Of a stretch of DNA of 64,000 nt, positions 12,631 through 24,909 are shown piece by piece. The stretch covers positions 105,154,001-105,218,000 of the forward strand of contig NW_024704743.1 of the NCBI RefSeq assembly GCF_018977255.1, read 5' to 3'. Made by a program: the position numbers and the translations under genes. The stretch comes from Callorhinchus milii. Its lineage: Eukaryota. How positions within the stretch are numbered: the stretch's first letter is position 1; each line of letters starts with the position of its first letter. Below the pieces are notes generated by a model. It was not told the DNA's origin. It saw nothing but the letters and a program-made list of their open reading frames with translations, and searched no databases.

Positions 12631-13308
12631 TGAAGAGGAGGGTGTTGAGTTGGTTTTCAAGGAGGCAAGGGATGGGGTGAGGTGGAGGGACTATGTGATG
12701 ATGTTCTGGAGGTTGGGAGCAGAGTGGCTGAAAGTACGCCCGTCAATAGTGGGGCAGGCGAGGTGGGGGGCGTGAAGCAGGCTGGAGCCCAGTGAGCGGA
12801 GGGAGCGGGCAGGTTTGTAGGGGCTCAGGAGGTCACAGAGGTATGGGCGAACGAGTCCATCAAGGTTGAAGGTTAGAAGCAGGATATTGAACTGTATCCT
12901 CAGTATGATGGGAAGCCAGTGGAGTCGGGCGAGGATGGGGTGTTAGTGTCACAGAGCTTGGTGCGGGAGAGAACACGGGCTTCAGAGTTCTGGATGATCT
13001 GCAGCCTATAGAGGGAGGAGTTGGGGAGGCTGACAAGTAGGGAGTTTTCATAGTCATGCCTGGATGTTATGAATGAGTGGATGAGGGTTTCGGCGGCCTG
13101 TGGTGTGAGACAATGGCAGAGCCGGGCAATGTTGTGGAGATGGAGAAAGGCTGAGCGGATCATGGCACAGATGTGGGGTGGAAAGTGTAGTTGAGGGTCA
13201 AACAAGACACCAAGGTTCCGGACTGGCTTATTAAGGTGGAGTGTGCATCCTTGGATGGTGATGCTGTCAGCGCCTGAGGTGTGGAGGCGCTGACGGGAGC
13301 CAATCAGT
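12631..13308 (-). mobile_element. L2 subfamily A ORF2 fragment
   Basis: ORF 12900-13205: FDPQL, AAETLIHSFITSR, LQIIQNS. Confidence 0.92.
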
Positions 13309-13615
13309 CAAGTCATTGGAGAGGGTGCAAAGGAGATTTACCAGAATGGTACCAGAAATGAGGGACTTCAGTTATCAGGAGAGGCTAGAGTAGCTAGGAT
13401 TATTCTCCTTGGAACAGAGAAGGTTAAGAGGGACTTAATAGAAAATTATGAGGGGAGTCGATAGGGTGAACAAGGAGAAACTATTTCCACTGGCAGGTGG
13501 GTCGGTAACCCAAGGACAGCAATTTAAAATCATTTTTGAAAGAAACAGAGAGGAGGTGAGGAGAAATTTTTTCACACAGCGAGTTGTTTGGATCTGGAAT
13601 GCATTGCCCAAACCA
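13309..13615 (+). mobile_element. CR1 ORF2 C-terminal fragment
   Basis: ERVQRRFTRM and RRNFFTQRVVWIWNALP motifs. Confidence 0.9.
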
Positions 13616-14519
13616 GTTTTTGAACATTTTCAAAACCAGTGTTTTGAACATTTTTTATAGGGATCACATATTTAATAACAGCAGCAAAATGCCAGTCACA
13701 AACTTAATTTCCCTGGAGTAAAACCAAAGAAATTGACCAAACTCCATGAACACAAGCAAAACCTGGCAGAAATATAGATACAATATGTGTTGATGTTAAT
13801 TTTATTTGTCAGGGAGAAGAAATATCTAACATTCCAAATTAATTTTCATTCCGATTTGGTTGTTTTTTATTGTTTTACATTGGCGTCATAACTGCAGATG
13901 AAAATAAATCATGTTTTTGATGTGAAGAAGTGCAAGTATAATTAAAGTATTAATTCCTGTAACACTGGGCTTGTCAGCTGAATAAAGTGAAGACAAAAAT
14001 GACACAGTAAACAGCCACTCGCACAGAAGGATCACTCATACACATAGCCTGAAGCAGACCCCGTTCAGAACATTTTTGTGAAAAATGTTACCATGGAGCA
14101 GAGAACAAGAAAGTTCTAACAAAGCAGTCTATTGTTAGAACAAGCAATCTCATCACAAGGGGGAAAAAGGTACGTAACTCATGGTTAACTGAAGGATCAG
14201 TTTAATTGCCGTTGATATTGCAAAATGTAGAGAAGAGCATAACTGTGCTGAGTCTTCAGCCATTCTCTCCAGCTTGTTCCCAAAATCTCTTTGCCTTGTT
14301 CTTTTCCCTACCTTCAAAACTTTTGACGGTGCCTCTGGTCAACAGCGTTTAGCACTCCTCCTTTACTCACTGCTTGTGAATCCCCAATGTTTTTGTGAAG
14401 TACATTGAGACATTCACCCCTCTTGAAGGGCATTATATAAGCACTCAATGAAGGCTATTTTTAGTGACAGAATCACTTTTTAAATACCATAGCATTGCTT
14501 TTAACTGTATAGCTAGTGG

Positions 14520-14903
14520 AATAATAGTCTATGATGATACTCCAATGCATTGCTGGGGTGTGCTGCATTGTCAGAAGTGCCATCCTTTTGATGAGACATT
14601 AAACCGAGGTCCCATCTGCCTGTCCAGGTGGATATCAAATATCCTATGGCACTATTCGGAAAGAAAAGGGGGATTTTCCTGATGCCCTGGCCAACAATCT
14701 CCCAAATAAAATTGGTCATTCATTTCATGCATGTCTGTAGGGCATTGCTGTGCATAAATTGGTTGCCGAGTTTGCTCACAAGTACACCGTTACGTCACTT
14801 TACAGTGTATCCTGTGAAATACTTTGAGACTATAAATGCAATTTGTTGTTGTGGTCTCGATGACGAGATAAGGCACAATATCAAATGCAAGAATTATTAT
14901 TAT
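14520..14903 (+). mobile_element. Older Deu-domain SINE (SacSINE1/AmnSINE1-like)
   Basis: gatgagacattaaaccgaggtcccatctgcc...atggcactattcg...gctgtgcataaattggttgccg matches my recollection of the Deu domain. Confidence 0.8.
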
Positions 14904-15149
14904 TTTAAAATTCTCTTATATCACAGCCATCTTTTTTTACATCTCGATGTCACTAGAATGTATTCCTATACTTTGGAAGATTTGGAATAACCACTCAGAG
15001 AATCGAGGAGAATGGATTGATCTGTAAAATACAGAAAGGCCAGCAGAAGTCTAAAATTCTTTGTGTATTATCCTAATTCCTCAGCTTTCTCAGTTGCTCA
15101 AACAGTTCTGGATATCATTATTTATCCCTAAAGAACATTAAGAACAGAT

Positions 15150-15357
15150 GTCAGCCTGGATCAGTTGGTAGCACTGATGCTGAGTCACAGGGTTGTGGGT
15201 TCAAATTTCATGTCAGGACTTTGAACTCACATACCCAGGGGCATTCTATTACAGTCCTATGGATGCACTGCATTCATGAAATGCCATTCTCCAGATGAGA
15301 ACGTTAAACCGAGGTTCCATCTGCCTGTTCACGTTAATGATTCCATGGCACTATTCA
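15150..15357 (+). mobile_element. Older Deu-domain SINE, 5' part with tRNA head
   Basis: ggatcagttggtagcact...gggttcaaat head; gatgagaacgttaaaccgagg. Confidence 0.8.
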
Positions 15358-15470
15358 CAACAACAAAAACAACAAAATTACATTTGTATAGCGCCTTTCA
15401 CGTCAGGAGGACATACCAAGGTGCTGGACAGATGGAGTTTCGGAACCGAGCTGAGGGTTTGGGGTCGGGG
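15357..15470 (-). mobile_element. L2 subfamily A 3' tail
   Basis: (CAA)n, aattacatttgtatagcgcctttcacgtc. Confidence 0.85.
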
Positions 15471-15471
15471 A

Positions 15472-16630
15472 ATATTTATTTTGTCCCGGATTATAGTCTC
15501 TAGAAGTTTCCCCACTACTGACTTTAGGCTGACTGGCCTGTAGTTCCTGGGTTTATCCTTCTGCCCCTTTTTGTACAGGGGAGTAATATTTACAATCCTC
15601 CAGTCCTCTGGCACCACCCCAGTATCCAAGGAGGATTGAAAGATTGTGGCCAGAGCCTCTGTTATTTCCACGCGTACATCTCTCAGTAACCTAGGATGCA
15701 TCCCGTCCGGACTGGCTGACTTATCTACCTTGAGCACCATCAACCTTTTTAGTATCTCCTCTCTGTTTATTCTTATCCTAACCAATTTCTCTACTATCTT
15801 CTCCAATACTGTGGCATTGGCTACGTCCTCTTCTTTTGTGAAGACAGATGCAAAGTATTCATTCAGTATGTCAGTTGTGCCCTCTGCCTCCACAAAAAGA
15901 TTTCCTCTTTGGTCCCTAATTGGACCGACCCTACCTTTGATTAACCTTTTATTCTTTATATGCTTATAAACTACGTTAGGGTTCCCTTTTATGTTGCCCG
16001 TTAATCTTTTCTCATACAATCTCTTCGCCCGTCTTATTTCCTTTTTCAGTTCTCCTCTGTACTTTCTATATTCTATTTGATTATCTTCTGTATTTTGGAC
16101 CTGACATTTATCATAAGTCTCCTTTTTCTGATATAATAACAATAATAATAATCCTTGCATTTGATATAGCGCTTTTCACGTCTTCTAGACGTCCCAAAGC
16201 ACTTCACAGAATATACTGTAAAGTGAATTGACTGTATATTTGTGGGCGAACGCGGCAGCCAATTGCGCACAGCAATGTCCCACAAACAGTCATGGATTGA
16301 AAAATGACCAACTTTTTTTTTTGGAGGGATTATTATTAGATGCGTGGAGTAAGGAAACTTGCCCAAGGTTTCGCCCTGCCTGGAATTGAACTCAGGTCTC
16401 TCACTTGCAAAGCGAGTGCTCTAACCACTGAGCTACAGGACTCCACAATTGGGATATATTTTAATCCTAATTTCCTTTGTCATCCAGGGAGGTTTGAATG
16501 CCCTACCTTTTTCCTTTGTGGGAATTATTTATTCTTCCCTGAACTATCTCCTGCTTGAGGCTTCCCATTGCTCATTAGCTGTTTTACCTGCTAGTCTTTC
16601 TTCCCAGTCCACCTTGTCTAAGTCCCTCTG
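15472..16630 (-). mobile_element. CR1 ORF2 fragment (linker and RT N-terminus) interrupted by a SINE
   Basis: ORF 15378-16160: LNEYFASVFT, PDGMHPRLL, VPEDWR, NYRPVSL. Confidence 0.93.
16133..16444 (-). mobile_element. Full-length young tRNA-Ala SINE nested in CR1
   Basis: Complete head, core and (ATT)n tail; near-identical to copies at 39024 and 62740. Confidence 0.95.
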
Positions 16631-16740
16631 AACTGGAGGGTTGCAAATGTTACTCTGTATAAAAAGGGGCAGAAGGATAAACCCAGGAACTACAGGCCAA
16701 TCAGCCTAACATCAGTACTGGGGAATTTTCTAGATACTAA
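16631..16740 (+). mobile_element. CR1 RT fragment, inverted relative to 15495-15608
   Basis: aaaaggggcagaaggataaacccaggaactacaggcc is the reverse complement of sequence at about 15534-15571. Confidence 0.85.
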
Positions 16741-18087
16741 TTTACCTGCGTCTTATTGAAAGAGAGTTCCTGAAGGTATTTTTTGGGCCAGTAAACTGTG
16801 TGTTAAGTGGCTGTTAATTAATTCACAACCAGACACAGAATCTATCCATTGTAAACCAAACTCAAACAACTAGTTTGCTAAATTGCATGAACAGAAGACG
16901 AATAAATAAATGCAATAGCTGTATACTGGCAGTCAACAGAGGCGACATGTTGTAACCACAACAACCCTCCACCTAACTACTGTTGTTAAGTTTTCTCTGT
17001 CATCAGTACAAAGCATGCTTTTGTTACACAGCTAACCAGTGCAATACCCTCTCATGAGTCCTGTTCATCACCTTGCAGTTAATGAGTATTGTGAAAGGTT
17101 TCTGCTTGTATCAGACATCCAGCTAACCAAAAAAAGTAACTTGCATTTATACAGTACTCTTCAGATAGGGTAATGTACCCTCAATGCTCTGCTCCGCTGA
17201 AAGATGGTTGCATGCTGGATTTCAAATCAACTGCTGACTGGGGCGTTTGTTTGAAAACTGCAACAAACCATATGAAATTCAAATGTGTTGTCTAAATAAA
17301 ATACTGAACAGGAAGTCAATGAATGTATTGTGGCAACATTTGCGGCAATTCACAACATGTTTCTTGTGCTATTTAAGGATGAGGAATACATTATGGAATA
17401 CAGAAAATTTGTTGAAGTTTCTTAATTAAGGCCAGGCTACAATCAATAGATCAATGAAGAACATCTGTTTATTTTCTTGGCAGGAGGTAAGCAGGTCTGG
17501 TCTATCTATGCTCACGTTGATGCACTCATCCTTTCCATAGTTGTGGTGCTAGTGTGGAGAGAGGTGGGGGTTGGGGAGGTGGGTGAGGTTGGGGAGTAAT
17601 ACACACATACACTGCACTTACCTATACTGCACAGGTGAGGCAGAGTAAATATCCTGTGGTACATTTGGCGATCCAATATTTGAGTCAGGCAGAGGGATTT
17701 CAGAACACTGTTGTTGATTGACTAGTTCACTAATAGCAGTAGGAGGGTTAGACAAGTCAGTAGGAAAACAAGGTTTGTTCACTAGGTTCCTGATAACCCA
17801 GCAAGTCAATTCCCTTAAAGGTAGGAGAGCCCTTTCTGGAAAAGTACCAGGATTCATATCAATAATTCACACTGATAAGCTGTTTGTTTTCTGGTTCAAT
17901 TCCATCAGAATCTCAATTTAAACTTTGGGGCAACTAATTCCTTGGCTTGTTTGCACCCTCTTCCAGAGATCTGGCTCAATCAGCACTAATGAGCCTGTGT
18001 CTAAAGACTCTGAGAGCACTGGCATGGAAGATTCTGCGCTCAAGTACAAAGGCTTCTCGAGAGATTGAAACAACTGTAAAAGATTTA

Positions 18088-18224
18088 TAATAATAAGCCT
18101 TGCATTTGATATAGCGCTTTTCACGTCTTCTAGACATCTCAAAGCACTTCACAGAATATACCGTAAAGTGAATTGACTGTATATTTGTGGGCGAACGTGG
18201 CAGCCAATTGCGCACAGCAATGTT
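18088..18224 (-). mobile_element. Young SINE, 3' portion
   Basis: ttgcatttgatatagcgcttttcacgtcttctag...cagccaattgcgcacagcaatg. Confidence 0.9.
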
Positions 18225-18665
18225 GAGATAGAATAAAGCTCCAATCAAAAAAAACATTACCAGTAATGTGTTGTGTGATGAGGGGTAGAAGACAGTTGAA
18301 CAGCAGTAATATTATATAATTACTTTAATTTGGAGGAACAGACATTTGTTCTGCAATTGGAGTTCTGATATTGCTCAGTCTCTGGTGCATCTGCAAGATT
18401 GAAGTCAACCCTTTTATTCTGTTTGTTTCAATGTTATTGACTACCCAAGCCAAACATCCCTTCCTTGTCAATGGTAACAAACTGAACATATCATTCTGTA
18501 AAGAATCCAACAACAATTTAGATTTGTATAGCACCTCTCAAGTTATGAGCACAGCCCAAAGTGCTTCATACAGCTGACTGGAGCTCGAGCGGAGGTAGGT
18601 GAGGGGAGTTGATTGGGGGCAAGGGGGAAGGTGACAGAAATCGTGGTTGAAAAGATACGTCTTGA

Positions 18666-19529
18666 TACTGCTGTCCCTACAGAATGTCTGGCAGACATCA
18701 AGTCCTGGATGAGAGCTAACTTTCTTCAGTTGAACGTCAACAAGACCGAGGCTCTCCTGATTGGCTCCCATCAGTGCATCCACACCTCAGGTGCTGACAG
18801 CATCACCATTCAAGGATGCACACTCCACCTTATTAAGCCAGTCCAGAACCTTGGTGTCTTGTTTGACCCTCAACTATCCTTTCTACCACACGTTCGTGCC
18901 ATTATCCACTCTGCCTTCCCCCATCACCGCAACATTGTCCAGTTCTGTCACTGACTCACACCGCAGGCTGCTGAAACCCTCATACACACATTCATAATAT
19001 CCAGGCTTGACAATGAAAACTCCCTGATTGTCAGCTTCCCCAACTCCTCCCTGCATAGGCTGCAGATCATCCAGTACCCTGCAGCCTGTGTCCTCTTCTA
19101 CACAAGGCTCCATGAACCTATCACCTCCACCCTCGCCCAAATCCACTGGCTTCCCATCACACAGATGATACAGATCAAGATCCTGGTCCTCACCTTCAAA
19201 GCTCTCCATGGCTTTGCTTCCCCCTATCTCTTTGACCTCCTAACCCCCTACCAATCTGCCTGCTCCCTCTGCTCAGCGGGCTCTGGCCTGCTTCACATCC
19301 CCGCCTCGCCTGCCCCAGCATTGGCGGGCAAGCCTTCAGCCACTCTACCCCTGCCCCTGGAACTCCATCCACCTTGCTCCCTTCCTTGCTTCCTTTAAAA
19401 CCCATCTCAAGACTCTCCTCTTCGACCCTGCCTTCGATCACCCACCCCGATCCTGATCCTCAACTCGAGTCCAAAACACTGACTGTCCAGCGCCTTGGGA
19501 CGTCCTCCCAATGTGAAAGGCGCTATACA
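18666..19529 (+). mobile_element. L2 subfamily A 3' fragment
   Basis: [22 protein letters not shown] motif; tail gggacgtcctcccaatgtgaaaggcgctatac. Confidence 0.92.
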
Positions 19530-19860
19530 AGGTTAGCAAGAGCCAAGGCTTGTGAACCCCAGAATGTGTGTTCGCGTACTGCTGGAGTCTTAGCAACAAA
19601 ACCACATAGCTTGCCATTGATATTGCTGTCTGGCAAGCTTTCCCATTGCTTGTCCAGCTAGGGCCACCCTACCTGTTAGGGCTTTAGCTTGCAGGGTTAA
19701 CAGGAGCTGAGTGGGATGACTCCCTTCCCTAGTGACTGGTCTGCCCTTTCAGGTCCTGCTGACAAGCCAGGCTGGCTCTGCAGTCGTCAGGAGTGCCCTG
19801 GAATACTGCATACCCGCCTGGCTCAGGTACTGGAGTACTGAGGCTGCTACAGAGGGCTGA
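19530..19860 (+). repeat. Unclassified interspersed repeat (~300-330 bp), copy 1
   Basis: Reverse-complement similarity to 45890-46170, 56215-56475 and 44875-44965. Confidence 0.75.
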
Positions 19861-19999
19861 CTCAATTCTGACATTCCATTGCCAAACATGTTACCTTGGA
19901 TTCAGTTCAGCTCCAAGGTGACCCCACTTAGCTCTCCCCCCAAGGAGTCTGCAGCTTGTGTAGGGAGAAGCTGGAGAGTCTGGCTGGAAAAGTTAAGAC

Positions 20000-20240
20000 T
20001 GAGCTTGAAGAGTTCGTTTTTCATCCAGAGATTTATTACAACATGGAATACTTTCTTACAGATGGCTTTTGAAGCTAAGGCCATAACAATATTTAAAATG
20101 TTTTGGATGAAAAATTATACAAATCTTTGAAAAAAGGTTTGGGGAAACAGAGAGAGGAAATGGTTTTAGAATAGTTAGCTGGTATTCAATAGAGGTTCCA
20201 AGGCGAAATGGTTTCCTTATGCACTCCAATTTCTGTGGTC
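20000..20240 (+). mobile_element. Old CR1 3' end
   Basis: FFIQRFITTWNTF resembles the CR1 FFTQRVVNLWNSL motif. Confidence 0.55.
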
Positions 20241-22065
20241 TACTTATAGTGAAGTGGCCAGGTAATAATCAAGGAAGGAAAGAGTGTGTGGAGTGATCAT
20301 GAAGGAATTGACCTATGACACATTGTAGACAGAATAATGAGACATCATTTATGGAACATAATTGAGCTATCAAAGTGGAAACCAGATTTATATACATGAG
20401 TTAGAATTATCTCATGGATAAAAAAAAAATTGATGTTAACGTGAGTAACAATTGTACAAGACTACAAAAAGTCTTGAGAAAGAAGAGCAAACATTCCCCC
20501 CCCCTCCCACCCCTACCCCATAACTCACAGAGACTCATACACTAACACAGACATACAAAATTGTGGGCATCACCCTACTATGCAGAAGACAAAAAATATT
20601 CCATGTGGGGTAAACATAGCAACAAATGCTATTCTTTACGAATATTTTTGAGGTGGCAACAAGAAATAACCTTGTCCACTTCAACATACATTAAAAATGG
20701 GGTCTAACTTATTGACAAATAAACAATACTGATATTTACAAAAGGGTTTGGATGAAAAGAACTAACCCAAATCTCTTCCCTCAGGCTAAACAGATTACAG
20801 ATTCCTTCAGATTGGAGTCTGCAATTTCAGCATGATCCAAAAGCCCAAACATAACGAGATGGCATTTTGCTCTCACAAATACTTTTTTGCATTGGCATTT
20901 TACAGCAAACACAAGATTACATTCGTATAACATTTTTTATATTTGTATTACATTTGTATAAGTTACAACGGTAACTTGCAGTGCTTTGAATAACAGTGAA
21001 GATGTTTAGTTTAATTACAGATAGTATCATCAATGTGCCCACTCATGTGCTTGCCTATGTGCTATATATGCATAGTGAGATTAGTGTATATGTTGAAAGA
21101 AATTAAGATTTTATTTGATTCACTGAGACTTGCAAAATAATAGGTCTTGATCTGACAGAATCGGTCTTGTAGCAAACAGAGCTTGAGGGACAGAAAAGGG
21201 CTGCATGTGAGGACAAGGGTTTTACAAAGATAGCAAGACAAGCAAATATTTTAATGGAATCCAAGTACACTTTAAAGAAGTTTGCCCTGAAACCTTGAAC
21301 ACTATTTGCAAGGCTCATAGCCTCAATACTGCAATTGTTCACTCGTGTACCATGACGCAAGTAATGAATGTATCCAGCACTACAAAGAAGATCTTTATTA
21401 GTTCAGTTTCTACTTTATATAATTTATTTTATTTGATAAAACATATTGGTGCAAGCATGGAGTGTTAGGTGGTCAGAGCTGGGATTGGGGGGAGAGTTCA
21501 GGTTGCCTGAGATCATGGGATTTTACCCGGTTGTGAGGAGTAACAATTGCATCAGCCAGCTCTCAGCAGTCTGGCTGAAGGCTCAATAGCAATGCCCAAG
21601 CCAGAGAATTGGTTGCAGTATCCAAAGAGTGAACTATGTAATCACAACAAAGTGCTATATCAAATAATAATAATCCTTGCATTTGATATAGTACCTCATC
21701 ACGTTGTTGAGATGTCTCCAAGGGCTTCATATAATATATATTGTAAAGTGAATTGACTCAGGGTAATTATCATAATGAATTTATCATTACTATTCTTATG
21801 TTATTATAGCTAATTTCCAAATAGAATGTTGATGGCAATAAAGTGTACAAACAGATCTCTGTAAAATATTCTAGGACAAAGTTAAAGGACAAACAAACTA
21901 ATTAGCTGAGATTTGCTGGAACATTTCCTTCTGATGTGAGCTGTCCTGAGCCCATTGGGTTTAAAACATGAACTGCAAGTTTGTACTTACTCCATCTTCC
22001 CCACTATTGAACCCCTATTGCTGTTGTGCCAATAACACTTTGGGACACCAATGTGGATGATGTGC

Positions 22066-22147
22066 ATTAGAAGACACTTAGTATAACACGTGTACTATTC
22101 ATTTCATGAAATGATTAGTACATCTGATGTACTAAGTGTCTGCTAAT
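22066..22147. repeat. 82-bp imperfect palindrome
   Basis: Two 41-nt arms with 6 Watson-Crick mismatches, centred on TCATTTCA|TGAAATGA. Confidence 0.9.
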
Positions 22148-22165
22148 TCATTTCATGAAATAGTA

Positions 22166-23683
22166 CATAAGAACATAAGGATTTAGGAGCAGGAGTAGTA
22201 GGCCATTCGGCCCCTCGAGCCTGCCCCGCCATTCGCTAAGATCATGGCTGATCTTCAGACCTAACTCTAATTACCCGCCCTAGCCCCATATCCCCTAATC
22301 CCTCTTTTTTAAAGAGTATCTACAGCCTTCTGGGGTAGTGAATTCCATAAATTCACTACCCTCTGAGTGAAGAAATGTTTCCTCAACTCTGTTCTAAAAG
22401 GCTGACCCTTAATTTTAAGACTGTGACCCCTGGTTATGGATTCTCTTACCCGGGGAAACAGATCCTCAGTGTTTACTTTATCCAGCCCTTTAAGAATCTT
22501 ATATGTTTCAATAAGATCTCCCCTAATTCTTCTGTACTCCAGAGAATACAGCCCTAGTTTATTCAGCCTATCCTCATAAGTCAGTCCCCTCATCCCAGGA
22601 ACTAACCTAGTGAATCTACGCTGCACCCCTCTAAGGCAAGTATGTCCTTTTTTAAATAAGGTGACCAAAACTGCACACAATACTCTAGGTGTGGTCTCAC
22701 CAAGGCCCTATACAGTTGCAGCAAGACTTCCCTACTCTTGTACTCTAAACCTTTTGCAATGAACGCTAACATGCCGTTCGCCTTCTTAGTTGCTTGCTGC
22801 ACCTGCAAACTAACTTTTTAAGATTGGTGTACAAGGACACCCAAATCCCTCTGAACACTTACACTATCTAATCTCTCCCCCTCTAGAAAATAATCTGTTT
22901 TTCTATTTTTTCTACCTAGGTGAATAACTTCACACTTCCCCACATTAAATTCCATCTGCCACCTACTCGCCCACTCCCCTAGCCTATCTATATCCCGTTG
23001 CAATCTTTTTGCATCATCCTCAGAGCTTACTCGCCCACCTGGTTTAGTGTAATCCGCAAATTTAGATACGTTACATTCAATGTCCTCGTCTAGAATCATT
23101 GATGTAAATTGTAAATAGCTGAGGCCCAAGCACTGATCCTTGTGGCACTCCACTAGTCACATCCTGCCAATTCGAGAATGACCCGTTTATCCCTACTCTC
23201 TGTTTTCTACCCGTTAGCCACTCTTCAATCCATGCTAATATGTTCCCATTAATCCCGTGGGCCTTAACCTTGTGCAATAGCCTTTTGTGTGGCACTTTGT
23301 CAAATGCCTTTTTAATATCTAAATATACTACATCTACTGGTTCCCCCCTATCTAACCTGCTAGATACATCTTCAAAAAACTCTAAAAGATTAGTTAAGCA
23401 TGATTTCCCTTTTGTAAAGCCATGATGACTGCCTAATCTTGTTATGGTCTTCCAGGAATCCCATAACGACATCTTTAATTAAGGACTCAAGAATTTTCCC
23501 TACCACTGATGTCAGACTAACTGGTCTATAGTTCCCCAGCTTTTCACTCCCATCCTTCTTAAATAGTGGTGTTACGTTTGCAATCTTCCAATCAATGGGA
23601 ACCATTCCAGAATCCAGAGAATTTTGGAAGATCAAAGACAAGCCATCCACTATCTTAGTAGCCACCTCTTTTAAAACCCAGGA
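22166..23683 (-). mobile_element. CR1 LINE, 5'-truncated, RT through 3' tail, frameshifted
   Basis: [61 protein letters not shown]; short-repeat tail ataagaacataag. Confidence 0.96.
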
Positions 23684-24099
23684 TACATCAAGATACTATT
23701 GAACAGTTGCAGTTAATGACACACACAGCTCCATACTCATATAGATGGAAAGGCCTGGAAGGGAAGACCTGGAAGGAATCAATCAGTTTGCGGTCGATTG
23801 GTCTATTGAAAAGGTGACCAACCAGTTGTACCCTTGTGCCAAACCCAGGCACTTTGCCTCAGGAGAGGTACATGAAAATTTCAATGATACCAACAATCAT
23901 TATTCAATAAGGCTTTGCCCGCAGAACCTTATCTTCACCCTTCTACCTCGTTCCTAGTTCTTTTTCTTAGAGACCCTCCAGTAGCTATTTCTGAATCATT
24001 TCCCCTTCTATTCTGAGCTTCTTCTCTTCAAATTGTTCTACTCCTACGCCCTTCCTTTTCCTCTCATTGTGTATGATCTGTGATTGAAACAAAGACTCT

Positions 24100-24306
24100 C
24101 TTAAGTTTGTGTCCTGGCCAACAATCCCCCAAATAAAAACTGGTCATTTGTTTCATGGCTGTTTGTGGGGCATTTCTATGTCTAATTGTGCTATCGTGTT
24201 TGTCTAGAGATACATACTGCATTTCACAGTAAAGCCTAAGAAACACTTTGAGACATCTTTCTGATGTGAGAAGATGCTCCAGAGAATTCAAGGATTATTA
24301 TATTAT
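24100..24306 (+). mobile_element. Old Deu-domain SINE, 3' part
   Basis: gtcctggccaacaatccccc...catggctgtttgtggg...aaggattattatt. Confidence 0.7.
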
Positions 24307-24909
24307 AGGTTTGGGCTTTGGAATGGAGTTTCAGTGAAAAATATCTTGTATTTTAATTATAAACATTGCCTTCCCGGCTCAAACATGTTTTCCTTACATA
24401 TTCCTTACAATACTGATCATAGGCCCATTGTACTTTTTCATTATTTCTAACTGTACCCGTTAGATATTGCTTGAACAACATCATTTGTATTCATATAACA
24501 CCCTTCACATAGTATAGCATCTTACAGTATTCACCTGGGTCATAAAGTCCTCCCATGTGTTCTCAGCCCAGCTATGGTGTCAGCATCATTGAAGAGACTA
24601 TCCTTGTGTTCTCAGACTTATAATACCACCTGTGTCTGCCTCCAAGAAACTGGCGTTTCTGATCGACTAGCCCTCTTCTCCTATACATTTTCCTCCTCCT
24701 CCTCCGTTCATCTTTGCAGTGACATATTCTATTGAAATCAGCATTTATTTGCACCACACGTGTTCAGGTGAAATGTAGCACTTCAATGTCCTTTTTGAAC
24801 TGATGCCAGAGCCTTAATATGAAAATAACTTCTGATTGCCTAAGGAGGGACCATCAGATGTGTAATCTTCTCAGAACCTAACACTAAGGTATAGCTGAAA
24901 ATACGACAA

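Noticed and set aside
15378..16160. 260-aa ORF as a host gene
   Set aside because: Starts in a SINE tail, runs through CR1 ORF2 and ends in an L2 tail; a chance fusion
16073..16558. Recurrent short ORFs (WDIAVRNWLPR..., GFALPGIELRS...) resembling a peptide family
   Set aside because: Translations of the same SINE in multiple copies
24572..24767. Arg-rich minus ORF and a 48-nt plus-strand exon-like unit (24720-24767)
   Set aside because: Driven by a (CCT)n microsatellite, moderate donor, no recognisable homology
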